A stretch of 64,000 nucleotides of DNA, taken from NCBI GenBank assembly GCA_963703575.1, contig CAVPEU010000026.1, forward strand, positions 65,850 to 129,849, given 5' to 3'. Positions within the stretch are counted from its first letter, which is position 1; each line of letters starts with the position of its first letter. The translations under genes and the position numbers were made by a program. Under the pieces are notes generated by a model that saw only the letters and a list, made by a program, of their open reading frames with translations, ran no database searches and was not told where the DNA came from. Source of the stretch: an uncultured Chloroflexia bacterium (lineage in GTDB: Bacteria; Chloroflexota; Limnocylindria; Limnocylindrales; CSP1-4). This document shows positions 49,944 through 62,342 of this stretch, piece by piece.

Positions 49944-50171
49944 ATGAACGAGATGTATCCCCCGTCCGACCTCGCCTCGATGGATCCGCTGGTCCTCATG
50001 AAGAACCTGGACCACGTGCGGATGACCAGCCGGCGGCTGTCGTACATCCTCCAGCAGCAGGTCCACCTCTACACGCCCGAGGCGAACCAGCTCCGGGAGC
50101 AGATCGACCGGTACGTGGAGGCGGAGCGCCAGATCGAGGGCGAAATGGCCCGGCGGCGCATCCGCGCCTGA
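49944..50171 (+). CDS. Small hypothetical protein downstream of pspA
   Basis: A 75 aa ORF with strong GC3 codon bias and a proper ATG, charged and helical; no recognisable motif. Confidence 0.35.
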   Translation: MNEMYPPSDLASMDPLVLMKNLDHVRMTSRRLSYILQQQVHLYTPEANQLREQIDRYVEAERQIEGEMARRRIRA

Positions 50172-50228
50172 CGCGGAAGGGCGGATGACGTGCGCCGCGG
50201 GTCGCGGGAGCGCGGCCCCGGAGCGTCC

Positions 50229-50567
50229 CTACGCGGCTCCCGCCGTCGTGACCAGCGACAGGCGCTCCTCCTCGGTCGCCCTCGCCGCCTCGAGGGCCGC
50301 CGCCCGCGCCGCCCGACGCGCCGCCTGCTCCTCCATCACGATCCGGGTGACGAGCTGCGCCAGCCTAGGCGTCTCGAACAGGCTGAAGCCGATGCCGATC
50401 TCGGCCAGCGCGTCGTGGTCCATGCCCCGGAACAGGCCGCGCGTGGCCACCGCGCACATCTCGTCATACAGCTCCGGCCAGCCCACGCTTCGACGCTGGT
50501 AGCAGAACCGGACGAACGCCTCCGCCTCGGGCGTCGGTGACCAGGCAGTAAGGCCGGCGGGCAGCAT
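50229..50567 (-). CDS. Hypothetical protein
   Basis: The ORF has coding-like codon bias (FVRFCYQRRSVGWPELYDEMCAVATRGLF). The start is uncertain (alternative at 50693). Confidence 0.3.
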   Translation of the reverse strand: MLPAGLTAWSPTPEAEAFVRFCYQRRSVGWPELYDEMCAVATRGLFRGMDHDALAEIGIGFSLFETPRLAQLVTRIVMEEQAARRAARAAALEAARATEEERLSLVTTAGAA

Positions 50568-50907
50568 CGATGCAGGTCCTCCTCTCCCCTCGGAACGCGC
50601 CGGGTCATGGCCGACGGACGGGCGGGTCGTGCCCGGCCATCGGCGGGTGACAAGGCTGTGAGCTCCCGGCGCGCCTCCCTCCAGGCTCCTCACTCGCGCC
50701 GGCGATCCGATGATGCTACGTCCTCCGGCCGGGCTGCCGGAAGGGGATTCTCCACCATGTTACTCACCGACTTGTCCACACCCCGACGAGGTCGGTGGAC
50801 AGGCCCGCCGGCGGCCCCGGAGGCTGTGGATCCGGTCGCCGCCGGATGCGCTACCCGCGGCTTGCGGCGTGCCCGGGGGCGATGGCGCAGCGCGTCCGAA
50901 ACCCCGG

Positions 50908-51984
50908 TCAGGCCCGCCGGACCAGCCCCAGGCCCGGCGCGTCGGGGAGGCGCCAGCGCTTGTCGGGCCCGATCTCGAGACCCGCGATCGGGTCCTCCGC
51001 CAGCAGCAGGCAGCCGTCGAGGTCGACCCAGTCGGCGAGAGGCGACACGACGGCTGACGCGGCGATCGCGATCGACGTCTCCTCCATGCACCCGAGAAAG
51101 GTGCGGAAGCCGAGCGCCCGCGCACGCTCGAGCATCCGCTTCGCCGGACCCATGCCACCACATTTCGCCAGCTTGACGTTCACGCCCGCCACCACGCCCA
51201 CGAGCGCGTCCAGGTCCTCGCTGAACACGGCACTCTCGTCTGCGACCAGCGGCAGCGGCGACCGCTCCTGCAACCACCGGAGCTGGTCCAGGCGACGCGC
51301 CGGGAACGGCTGCTCGATCAGCTCGACGCCCAGCCGCTGCAGCTCCGGGACCAGGGCGAGCGCACCGTCCGGCGTCCAGCCGGTGTTCGCATCCACGCGG
51401 ATGGGGCCCCCGAACACGGACCGGACCGCCTCCAGCGTCTCGACGTCCGCGGGTCCGCCGACCTTGACCTTGAGCGCGGGGAAGTCCGCCGCGCGCCGGG
51501 CTCGCTCGGCGACCACCGAGGGCACGTCGATGCCCAGCGTGAAGTCGGTCGGCGGAATCTCGCCCGGCACGTCGAGCAGGGCGCGCACCGGCAGCCCCAG
51601 GCGCTTGCCGACGAGGTCGTGGAGGGCGATGTCGATGGCGCACTTGGCGGCGCCGTGGTTGCGGATCGCCGCCGCCATCAGCGACTCGGAGGCCTCGAGC
51701 GCCGTCCGCGCCTCCGCCACGGCCCCCCGGAGGCCTGCCTCGATCGGCGCCAGGGCCTCGAGCAGGAGGGGCGCAACCGCCGCCATCGTCGCCGGCGTCT
51801 CGCCGTAGTAGGCGTCCGGGTAGCCCTCGCCCAGGCCCACCGGTCCGTCCGGCCCATCCGCCCCGTCCCGCAGCTCCGCCAGCACGGTGGTGATGACGCG
51901 GCCCTCGCCGTGCGAGGAGCGGGCGATCAGGAACGGGTCCCGCAGCGGCAGGACCAATGTCTCCAGGCGGATCGAGAGCGTCAT
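50908..51984 (-). CDS. Dipeptide (L-Ala-D/L-Glu) epimerase, enolase superfamily
   Basis: The KxK motif sits in LKVKVGG. Metal ligands are DANTGWT, ELIEQP and ADES. KCGG is also present. The start overlaps the DUF1611 gene by 4 nt. Confidence 0.8.
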   Translation of the reverse strand: MTLSIRLETLVLPLRDPFLIARSSHGEGRVITTVLAELRDGADGPDGPVGLGEGYPDAYYGETPATMAAVAPLLLEALAPIEAGLRGAVAEARTALEASESLMAAAIRNHGAAKCAIDIALHDLVGKRLGLPVRALLDVPGEIPPTDFTLGIDVPSVVAERARRAADFPALKVKVGGPADVETLEAVRSVFGGPIRVDANTGWTPDGALALVPELQRLGVELIEQPFPARRLDQLRWLQERSPLPLVADESAVFSEDLDALVGVVAGVNVKLAKCGGMGPAKRMLERARALGFRTFLGCMEETSIAIAASAVVSPLADWVDLDGCLLLAEDPIAGLEIGPDKRWRLPDAPGLGLVRRA

Positions 51985-53126
51985 CCGCCGGTCCCGTGCC
52001 GCTCGTCCGCGGCCGGCTCCGGCTCCTCCGGGAGGGTCACCCAGGGCAACCCGTCCACCGCCGACTCGATCTCCCGCCACAGCCCGCCGCCGCCGAACCG
52101 GACGGGGTCGTCGCACGGAAGCCCGGTCTCGGCCGCGGTCGCCGCGACGATCCGCCGTGCCTCGGCCTCATCGTGGATCAGCGACGTGTTGAGCGCCACG
52201 GCAACGACCTTCGACGGGGCGACCAGCCCCGCCACCTGCTCGTGCACGGCGATGAACCCGGGCAGCGAGGCGATCGGGAACCGCGCCTCCGGCAGGTGGT
52301 CGAAGTCGTGATCGGCCATGCCCGGCTTGTGCACCATGACCATCGCCTGCGGCGTCCCGCCATGGATCAGGCCCAGGGTCACGCTGCTGTACGCCGGGTG
52401 GTCGAGCGAGCCCTGGCCCTCGACCAGCACCCAGTCGCCGCGGCGTTCCCCCTCCTCGACCATCCACTCGATCGTGCCCTGGAGGAAGTCCGCGATCACC
52501 CGGTCCACGGCCACGCCCCAGCCCTCGATCATCATCCCGGTCTGCCCGGTCGGCACGAACGACGCCGAACGTCCCGCGGCCACCGCCGCCCGCCGCAGCT
52601 CGAGCGCCACGGACATCTTGCCGATGGCGCAGTCCGTGCCGACCGTGAGGATCACGCGCTTGCCCGGTCCGTGGCGCCGGCCGACGGCGGTCTCGGTCCG
52701 CTCGGGGGGCCGGCGATAGTCCACGATCCGCACGCCGAACGACCTGGCGGCTTCCGCGAACTCCGGGTCATCGCCCAGGAACGTGTGCAGGCCGGACAGG
52801 ATGTCGAGGCCGGACCGGATCGCCGACAGCACGACCTGGCGCCAGGCCTCGGGCAGCCTGCCACCCGTCGGCGCGATCCCGATCAGCAGCGCGTTGGCCC
52901 GCGGCAGGGACCCGAGCGCATCGTCGAGGGACGCCACGATCGGGATGTCGAACCGCCCGGAGTCGCCCAGCCACTCGCGGACGTTCCGTCCGGCCTGGGT
53001 CGAGTCGATGACGGCGACCACCCGCTCCGACCCGAAGCGGATCACGCCCATCGCGGTCTTGCCGTGGTGGAACCCGAAGTTCCCCTCGGCGAGGATCACG
53101 AGGCGGCGATCGGGCGTCGGCGACAT
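51981..53126 (-). CDS. DUF1611-domain protein (conserved partner of dipeptide epimerases)
   Basis: A P-loop-like ILTVGTDCAIGKMSVALEL is present. The conserved gene pair is translationally coupled. Confidence 0.7.
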   Translation of the reverse strand: MSPTPDRRLVILAEGNFGFHHGKTAMGVIRFGSERVVAVIDSTQAGRNVREWLGDSGRFDIPIVASLDDALGSLPRANALLIGIAPTGGRLPEAWRQVVLSAIRSGLDILSGLHTFLGDDPEFAEAARSFGVRIVDYRRPPERTETAVGRRHGPGKRVILTVGTDCAIGKMSVALELRRAAVAAGRSASFVPTGQTGMMIEGWGVAVDRVIADFLQGTIEWMVEEGERRGDWVLVEGQGSLDHPAYSSVTLGLIHGGTPQAMVMVHKPGMADHDFDHLPEARFPIASLPGFIAVHEQVAGLVAPSKVVAVALNTSLIHDEAEARRIVAATAAETGLPCDDPVRFGGGGLWREIESAVDGLPWVTLPEEPEPAADERHGTGG

Positions 53127-53264
53127 CGGCCATCCAGCGGCTGCGGCAGGGACGGCAGCGAGTCTAGGCGATCGCCCCCGGACCGTGCCGCCCGCCGACG
53201 TCAACGTCATCGGAACAAGGGGACGCCCCCGGGGCGCGGGCCGGGGGCGTCGGAGCGTTCAGGT

Positions 53265-53341
53265 TGGTACCGCATACCGGATTCGAACCGGTGGTCTCCG
53301 CCTTGAGAGGGCGGCGTCCTTGGCCTCTAGACGAATGCGGC
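53265..53341 (-). tRNA. tRNA-Glu (anticodon CTC)
   Basis: The reverse complement GCCGCATTCGTCTAGAGGCCAAGGACGCCGCCCTCTCAAGGCGGAGACCACCGGTTCGAATCCGGTATGCGGTACCA closely resembles canonical bacterial tRNA-Glu (TTCGTCTAGAGGCC D-arm). Confidence 0.8.
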
Positions 53342-53424
53342 GCAGTCCGGCCGGTATGCCCGACCGGTGGCGGAGGATACCTTGGGCCCGCCGGTTTCGG
53401 CAAACGCGAACCCGCCTCCGGGCG

Positions 53425-54306
53425 TCACAGCCGGTTGGCCTCCAGGAACCCGCGCAGCGTCTCCGCGACCTGCAGGTAGCTCCGCTCGCCGAGCACCAGG
53501 CCGAAGTGCGAGTGGGCGCCGAACGGCTCGTACGCGGCACCCAGCCACTCGGCCAGCCGCTCCACGTCCGCCTCCGGGACGTAGGCATCCAGGCCCGCAC
53601 CGATCACCAGGCGCGGCACGTCCGGCAGCGCCGCGTGGTCCACGGGCACGCCCTGGAGGACCTGGCGCCGGGCGCGACCGGACTCGAAGGGCTTCTGCCC
53701 CAGCATGTGCTGGATCCGGAGGACGTCCGCCAGTGTCAGGTCACGGTGCTCGCGGACGAGCTTCTCCGGCAGCGTCTCCCAGCCCAGCGCCGCGCGCCCG
53801 TACACGTCCGGGACATCACGCACGACGTGGGGCCGCACCGGATCGCGGAAATCCTTGGGCGGCTCCGGCGCGATCAGCACGTAGGCGGAGACCGGCGCCC
53901 GCTCGATCGCCTTGAGCACCAGCAGCCCGCCCAGGCCGTGGCTCACGGCGACGACACCGGGTCCCAGCCGGTCGATCGCGGCGACCACGTCCTCCGTGTA
54001 GGACTCGATGTCCAGCGTGGCGGGGTCCGCCGTCCGGGACCAGAAGTGGTTGCGCAGGTTGAGCGCGTGCCCCTCCCAGCCGCGAGCGGCGAAGTGGTGG
54101 AGGTAACGCTCCCAGATCCAGGAGCCGCCCAGCTCGCCGTGGACGAACAGGATCGGCTTGCGGCGGGAGCGGCGTTCCGGCAGCCAGGATTCGATGTACA
54201 GGCCGCGGTCGGCAAGCTCGATCTCATCCTTGCGGACGTGCCGCCCGTTCTGGGGCGGCGTGGCGCCATGGGCGAGGAAACCGTCGGGTGCGTCGAGGTT
54301 GGTCAT
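53425..54306 (-). CDS. Alpha/beta hydrolase (lysophospholipase-like)
   Basis: The nucleophile elbow is VSHGLGG. HG is present in ILFVHGELGG. Confidence 0.7.
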   Translation of the reverse strand: MTNLDAPDGFLAHGATPPQNGRHVRKDEIELADRGLYIESWLPERRSRRKPILFVHGELGGSWIWERYLHHFAARGWEGHALNLRNHFWSRTADPATLDIESYTEDVVAAIDRLGPGVVAVSHGLGGLLVLKAIERAPVSAYVLIAPEPPKDFRDPVRPHVVRDVPDVYGRAALGWETLPEKLVREHRDLTLADVLRIQHMLGQKPFESGRARRQVLQGVPVDHAALPDVPRLVIGAGLDAYVPEADVERLAEWLGAAYEPFGAHSHFGLVLGERSYLQVAETLRGFLEANRL

Positions 54307-54322
54307 GGGTCCTGTTGGCGGC

Positions 54323-55642
54323 CTACCACTCGAGGGGGTTGAACAGGAGCCCGGTCAGGGCCTTGGGATAGAAGTAGGTGGATTTCTGGGGCATCACGTC
54401 GCCGTCCCGCGCGACCGCGAGGATCGAGGCGACCGGCGTGGGCTCGAGCAGGAACGCGGCGTCGGAGCCCTCGGTGCCGGATGCCACCAGGTCGGCGGCC
54501 TCCGCTGCCGATTTCGTGTAGCCGATCCGCTCCCCGTCGGCGACCGCGGCCGGATCGATGCCCGCCAGTGCCCCGACGGCCGCGCCCAGCAGCGTCACGT
54601 CCAGCGACCGGAGCGCGCTCCCGCCCGCGCCCACCAGGTCGGCGAAGGCCGGCCGGTGAGCCACCAGCTCCCACGCACCCTCGCGCGTGATCAGGCCGAA
54701 CCGGCCGGCGCCGCCCGCCAGCTCCCCGGCCGCACCGAACTTCGCGACCAGCGCCTCGGCGCTGGCGGGCCTGACGGCGAACAGGCGATCGAGGCCCTCG
54801 CGCAGCCGGCGCGTGCCCGTCTCGCCCAGGTCGCGCAGCACGCGGTGGGTCGGCAACACCGTCAGCTCATCCGCGGCGTCCAGGAACAGCATCAGCAGGA
54901 AGTCGAACGGCGGGTCCGCCTCGCAGGAACGGGTCATCCGCCGCTCGTCCCGGTAGCGGAGGGCGGTCTCGTAGCGGTGGTGCCCGTCCGCGATGAACAC
55001 GGGCCCCGCGCCCGCCGCCGCGATCAGCGTCGAGACGTCACCGGACGGGAGCCCGTCGTCGGCGATCGCCCACAGGCGGTGCTGGACGCCGTCATCGTCG
55101 GTCACGACCGTCGCCGGGTCCGTAGCCGCGATGTCGGCCAGCCGCGCCGCGGCCGTACGCCCCGGGTCCTCGTACAGCCCGACGACCGGCGACGTGTTGG
55201 TGCCGGTCGCCCGCAGCAGGCGGTAGCGGTCCTCCCGGGGGCCGGACAGCGTGCGCTCGTGGGGCAGGACGCCGCTGCCCGGCCCGAACGGCTCGATCCG
55301 CAGCCGGGCGAAGAAGCCGCGCTGCGTCCGCTCCACGCTCGCGCCCGGTGCGCGATAGGTCTGCTCGTACACGTAGACGGACGGCTTCGGATCCTTGCGC
55401 AGCGTGCCGTCGGTGCGCCACGCCGCGAGGTACCGGGCCACCCGACGGTACCGCTCGTCGGGATCCTCGCCCGGCTCGCCGTGCGGGAGGTCGAGGCGCA
55501 CCGCGTTGCGCGGATGGCGCGCCAGCAGCGTCTCGCGGAACTGCGGGCCGACCACGTCGTACGGAGGCGCGACGATCGGCCCCAGGTCGCCGACCACCTC
55601 GGGGTCGTAGCGGAGCGCTCGGAAGGGTCGGAGGTCGGGCAC
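54323..55642 (-). CDS. DUF1015-family protein
   Basis: FRALRYDP...IADGHHRYETAL is the conserved DUF1015 core. The GTG start is assumed at 55642. Confidence 0.65.
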   Translation of the reverse strand: MPDLRPFRALRYDPEVVGDLGPIVAPPYDVVGPQFRETLLARHPRNAVRLDLPHGEPGEDPDERYRRVARYLAAWRTDGTLRKDPKPSVYVYEQTYRAPGASVERTQRGFFARLRIEPFGPGSGVLPHERTLSGPREDRYRLLRATGTNTSPVVGLYEDPGRTAAARLADIAATDPATVVTDDDGVQHRLWAIADDGLPSGDVSTLIAAAGAGPVFIADGHHRYETALRYRDERRMTRSCEADPPFDFLLMLFLDAADELTVLPTHRVLRDLGETGTRRLREGLDRLFAVRPASAEALVAKFGAAGELAGGAGRFGLITREGAWELVAHRPAFADLVGAGGSALRSLDVTLLGAAVGALAGIDPAAVADGERIGYTKSAAEAADLVASGTEGSDAAFLLEPTPVASILAVARDGDVMPQKSTYFYPKALTGLLFNPLEW

Positions 55643-55774
55643 TGGATCCTCTGGGGCAGGGGCACGCCGGGCACGGGGATACGCGTTCGGACCCGGGGTC
55701 AGTGCATCGTACGATAGGCGCGGTCGAACGGCCACCGGTTGCGCTGGCGACCGGGTGGCTGAAGGGGACGGAGC

Positions 55775-58288
55775 GTGCAACTTTTCCGGCGACCGGGGCG
55801 TCGATCCTCCGACCGTCACCCGTTCCGTGGTCGAGGATTGCGCGTGCCCCGTCACCTCCCGAGCCGCACCGGCCGCACCGCGCTGGGCGCCCTCGCGGCC
55901 GCCCTCATCCTGCTCGGCCTGCTGCCCGCCCTCCCCGTGGCGGCGACCGGGCTCACGATGGAGGCGCACGCGCTGGTCCAGGGACACGTGCGAGCCGGCG
56001 CCTGGTTCGCGGTGGCCGTGGACGTCGCCAACGGGGGGCCGACGGTGACGGGCGAGCTCCGGATCGCGGGTGGCTCGGACTCCCGGACGCGGTTCGGAAC
56101 CCCGGTGGAGCTGGCCACCGGCTCGCGCAAGGAGTACCTGCTCTACGCCCTGCCGCCCACCTTCGGCGGCAACATGACGGTCGAGCTGGTGACCGGCGAC
56201 ACGCAGGTCGCGAAGGCGACGGTGGCCATCGCGCTGCACGACCAGTCCCAGCTCGTGGTCGGGGTGGTGGCCGAGAACCCCGGCCGGATCGTCGGCCAGC
56301 TGGACCTCCTCCCGTCACAGAACGGCAGCCCGGCCACGATCGTGCCGCTGCTCCCGGCCGACCTCCCCGAGCGACTCCAGGCCTGGGCGGCGCTCGACCG
56401 CCTCGTGTGGCAGGACCAGGATGCCGCCGCGCTGACCCCCGGGCAGCTGACCGCGCTCCGCGGCTGGATCGCCGGCGGCGGGCGCCTCGTGATCGTCGGT
56501 GGCACCGCCGGCGCCGACGTCCTCACCGCGTTCCCGGACGACCTGCTCCCCTACCGGCCGACGACCGTCCTCGACGTCGATCCGTCGGTGCTGCGCCCGG
56601 TCCTGGGCGGGCTCCCCGCCTCCGCGACGACCCTGACCGCCCTGGCCGGCGAGCTCGCCCGCGGTCGTGCGCTGGCCACGTCCGGCGACCGGGTCATCGC
56701 CGCGGACATGACCTACGGCACCGGGTCGGTGACGATCCTCGGGTTCGATCCGGCGACCTCCTGGATCGCGGAGGGCGATGCCTGGGACGCGCCCCTGTGG
56801 CGCCGCCTGCTGCCCAACCGCGCCGGCGGCAACGTGTCGCTGACCGACGACCAGACGATCGTCGGCGCCGTCTCGAACCTGCCCAGCCTGGCGCTGCCGC
56901 CGATCGGCGGGCTCCTCGTCCTGCTGGTCGGGTACATCCTGCTCATCGGACCGGTGAACTACCTGCTGCTCCGCTGGCTGGACCGGCGGGAGTGGGCGTG
57001 GGTCACGGTCCCCGCGCTGATCGTGGTCTTCGCCGTGGGCGCGTTCGGGTTCGGGGCGCTGCTGCGCGGGTCCGACGTGATCGTGCACGAGGTCGCGATC
57101 GTCCGAGGCGCGGCGGGCACCGACCAGGCGGTCACGCAGTCCTACCTGGGCATCTTCAGCCCGTCGCGGGCCACCTTCCAGCTCAGGGTCGCCGGCAACG
57201 CCCTCCTCGCCGCGCCGATGAACGGCGAGATGTTCGGCACCCCGGCGTCTGGGCTGGACGTCATCGAGGGCGATCCGTCCCGGATCCGCGACCTGGCCGT
57301 GGGCTACGGCTCGCTGCGCACCGTCCGCGCCGAGGCGCAGACGACCGGCCCGACCGTGGACACGAGCCTGCGCCTCGAGAACGGACGCGTGGTCGGCACC
57401 ATCACCAACCGGTCCGAGCGGACGCTCGTCGCGCCCGCGCTCGCGTTCGGGGCATCGTCCGTGACGCTCGGCGACCTGGCGCCGGGGGCGACCGCGGACG
57501 TGAGCCTGGCCCTGGCGGCCAACCCGCTCAACCAGGGCTCACTGTCGGAGCGCATCGTGGGGCAGATCTCGTTCGGCGGCAGTGGCGGGACGAACGAGAC
57601 CGAGCAGCGCAGGCTCGTGCGCCGCGCCGTGCTGGACCAGCTGTCGATCGACCCGATGACCGGGCACCCGAGCGCGCTTGCCGCGGACACGCCGGTGCTG
57701 CTCGCCTGGGGGGACGATCCGGTGCTGGCGGTGGACATCGAGGGCGTGCCCGTGAGGCGCGTCGCGGACGTCCTGTACGAGATCCCGCTGCCGCTCGCGA
57801 TCAGCGGCGAGGTCACGTTCCGCAACGACCTGCTCCGGAGCAGTGTCCTGGAGATGGACACCAACTTCTTCTCCAAGGACCCGTTCACGATGAGCTTCGG
57901 GCCGGGCAGGATGCGCGTCGCCTACCGTCCGGTCCCCTTCGACGGCACGTTCGAGGCCCAGCAGGTCGTGATCGCGCTCTCGTTCGGTGGCGACACCACG
58001 CTTCCCGGCGGCGAGGCCCAGGCACTCGCGGAGACGACGCGTTGCGATCCGTCGGCCGCCGGCTGCACGGTGCCCCAGGACGGCCTGCCCGACGTCGAGG
58101 TCCTCGATGTCCGGGCCGGCACGTGGGTGCAGTTCGTCCACATGGTCCAGGGTCGCGCCTACCGGCTCGCCGACCCGGCGCGCTGGGTGGACCCGGCCAG
58201 CGGCGAGATCCAGGTCCGGTTCGTCAACGAGCGCCAGGACCAGATCGGGTTCCAGTTCCCGATCGCGATCACGGGTGTGGTCCGGTGA
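55775..58288 (+). CDS. Large exported/membrane protein (DUF4350/GldG-like?), first gene of the ABC-MoxR-DUF58 cluster
   Basis: A signal peptide/TM (ALGALAAALILLGLLPALPVAA) is followed by two central TM helices around aa 395-470. Its stop overlaps the ABC ATPase GTG (GTGA). Confidence 0.5.
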   Translation: MQLFRRPGRRSSDRHPFRGRGLRVPRHLPSRTGRTALGALAAALILLGLLPALPVAATGLTMEAHALVQGHVRAGAWFAVAVDVANGGPTVTGELRIAGGSDSRTRFGTPVELATGSRKEYLLYALPPTFGGNMTVELVTGDTQVAKATVAIALHDQSQLVVGVVAENPGRIVGQLDLLPSQNGSPATIVPLLPADLPERLQAWAALDRLVWQDQDAAALTPGQLTALRGWIAGGGRLVIVGGTAGADVLTAFPDDLLPYRPTTVLDVDPSVLRPVLGGLPASATTLTALAGELARGRALATSGDRVIAADMTYGTGSVTILGFDPATSWIAEGDAWDAPLWRRLLPNRAGGNVSLTDDQTIVGAVSNLPSLALPPIGGLLVLLVGYILLIGPVNYLLLRWLDRREWAWVTVPALIVVFAVGAFGFGALLRGSDVIVHEVAIVRGAAGTDQAVTQSYLGIFSPSRATFQLRVAGNALLAAPMNGEMFGTPASGLDVIEGDPSRIRDLAVGYGSLRTVRAEAQTTGPTVDTSLRLENGRVVGTITNRSERTLVAPALAFGASSVTLGDLAPGATADVSLALAANPLNQGSLSERIVGQISFGGSGGTNETEQRRLVRRAVLDQLSIDPMTGHPSALAADTPVLLAWGDDPVLAVDIEGVPVRRVADVLYEIPLPLAISGEVTFRNDLLRSSVLEMDTNFFSKDPFTMSFGPGRMRVAYRPVPFDGTFEAQQVVIALSFGGDTTLPGGEAQALAETTRCDPSAAGCTVPQDGLPDVEVLDVRAGTWVQFVHMVQGRAYRLADPARWVDPASGEIQVRFVNERQDQIGFQFPIAITGVVR

Positions 58289-59250
58289 GCGGGATCGTGG
58301 TCGCGCGCGGCCTCGTCAAGCGCTACGACCGTACCCTGGCGCTCGGCGGTCTCGACCTCGACGTGGCCCAGGGGGAGATCTTCGGCCTGGTCGGCCCCAA
58401 CGGTGCCGGCAAGACCACGGCGCTGCGGATCCTGGGCACGCTCCTCGTCCCCGATGCGGGGGACGCGGAGGTCGCCGGCGCCTCGGTCCGCCGCAATCCC
58501 AACGACGTGCGCCGCGCCCTCGGGTTCATGCCGGACGTGTTCGGCGTCTACGACGACATGAAGGTCTGGGAGTACCTCGACTTCTTCGCCCGCTGCTACG
58601 GCATCCCGGCCGATCGACGCCGGCGGATGATCGGCGACCTGCTGGATCTCGTGGACCTGGGCGCCAAGCGCGACACGTACGTCCAGGGCCTCTCGCGCGG
58701 GATGCAGCAGCGCCTCTGCCTCGCCCACACGCTGGTCCACGACCCGCAGGTCCTGCTGCTCGACGAGCCGGCATCGGGCCTCGACCCGCGCGCCCGCGTC
58801 GAGCTGCGGGAGCTGCTCCGCGAGCTCCGGGCGCTGGGCAAGACGATCCTCGTGTCCTCGCACATCCTCCCCGAGCTCGAGGAGCTGTGCACCTCGGTCG
58901 CGATCATCGACAACGGCCGGGTGCTGGCCCACGGCCGGGTCGCGGAGATCGAGCGCCGGCTGCGGGTGGGTGCCGTGTACCGCGCCCGGATCATCGCGGA
59001 GGGCGAGGCGCTGGAGGCGGGTCGCGCGTGGTTCGCGGCCCAGCCCGACGTGGTGACGGCCGACCTCCTGCCCGACGGCACGATCGAGATCGGGTTCCAC
59101 GGCGAGGACGAGGGCGCGGCCGGGCTGCTGGCGGCCGCGGTGGGCGGCGGCCTGCGCGTCGTGTCGTTCGCTCGAGCCGCGAGCGATCTCGAGGAGCTGT
59201 TCCTCCAGGTCACGGCACCGGACCCGGCGCCGTCGGAGGCCCGGGCATGA
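58285..59250 (+). CDS. ABC transporter ATP-binding protein
   Basis: GLVGPNGAGKTT is Walker A. LSRGMQQRL is the signature motif. LLLDEP is Walker B. Confidence 0.85.
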   Translation: MSGIVVARGLVKRYDRTLALGGLDLDVAQGEIFGLVGPNGAGKTTALRILGTLLVPDAGDAEVAGASVRRNPNDVRRALGFMPDVFGVYDDMKVWEYLDFFARCYGIPADRRRRMIGDLLDLVDLGAKRDTYVQGLSRGMQQRLCLAHTLVHDPQVLLLDEPASGLDPRARVELRELLRELRALGKTILVSSHILPELEELCTSVAIIDNGRVLAHGRVAEIERRLRVGAVYRARIIAEGEALEAGRAWFAAQPDVVTADLLPDGTIEIGFHGEDEGAAGLLAAAVGGGLRVVSFARAASDLEELFLQVTAPDPAPSEARA

Positions 59251-60292
59251 GCGCCGTCGTCGGGCGGCCGCCCCGGTTCCGGGCCCTGCGAGACGTGTTC
59301 GGCGGCATCGCCGCGATCGGCGCCAAGGAGCTGCGCGGGCGGATGCGCGGGCGCCGGGCATTCGTGATCCTGACGGTCAACCTGGTGCTCATCGCGGGCT
59401 TCGCCTGGATGATCGAGACGCTGATGGAGCGGTCGTACTCGGGCGGCTTCGGGAGCTCGTTCGGGGCATCGGCCGAGATCGGGCGAGCGCTGTTCGTCGC
59501 CCTGCTCATGCTGCTCACCCTCATCGTCCTCGTCCTGGCCCCGGCCTCGACCGCCGGTGCCATCAGCCTGGAGCGGGAGAAGCAGACCCTGGACCTGCTG
59601 GCCGCCACGCCGATCTCGTCGCTGGCGATCGTGCTGGGCAAGCTGCTCTCGGCCCTGAGCTGGATCCTGCTGCTGCTCCTGTCCTCGATCCCGGTGACGG
59701 CGCTGGTGTTCACGTTCGGCGGCGTGGGCCCCGAGGACATGATCCGGGGCTACGCGGTGCTCCTGGTGTCCGCGATCTTCTTCGGCTCGATCGGGCTGTT
59801 CATGTCGGCCCTCGTGAAGCGGACCCAGGCCGCGACCGTCCTCAACCTCGTGACCACGATCGTGCTGACGGCCGGGACCGCGTTCATCTTCGTGTTCTGG
59901 TCCGCGATGGTGGGCAGCGCCCTGGGCACCGATCCGGTCCGGGACACGGGCTTCGTCCAATCGATCACCCGGCGGCCGCCCGAGGCGCTGATGTGGTTCG
60001 ACCCGTTCGTGAGCCAGATCGATGTCGTGTGCGGGACCGAGACGGGCACCGGGGGGACGTGCGCGATCATCAGCAGCCTCACGAACCGGGACACCGTGGT
60101 CAACGACCAGGTCGGCGGCATCGACCCGCAGCTCGGCGTTCGGCGCGACAGCTACTGGCCGCGGTCGCTGGCGGCGATGGGCGTGGCGTCGCTGATCCTG
60201 GTCGTGCTGTCCGTGCAGCTCGTGTCTCCGACGCGGCGCTGGCACATCCGGCTGCCGCGGCGCGGCGGCTCGGACACGGGGGGCGGTGGCTG

Positions 60293-60293
<1 letters not shown>
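59247..60293 (+). CDS. ABC-2 type transporter permease
   Basis: Six TM helices. Translationally coupled on both sides (ATGA). Confidence 0.7.
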
Positions 60294-62296
<2,003 letters not shown>

Positions 62297-62342
62297 GCGT
62301 GGGACCCGGTCATACCGGACCCTCGCCCGCCCCGGAGGACTC

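Noticed and set aside
53264-53479. A 71-aa plus-strand ORF.
   Set aside because: It overlaps tRNA-Glu on the opposite strand and has no coding signal.
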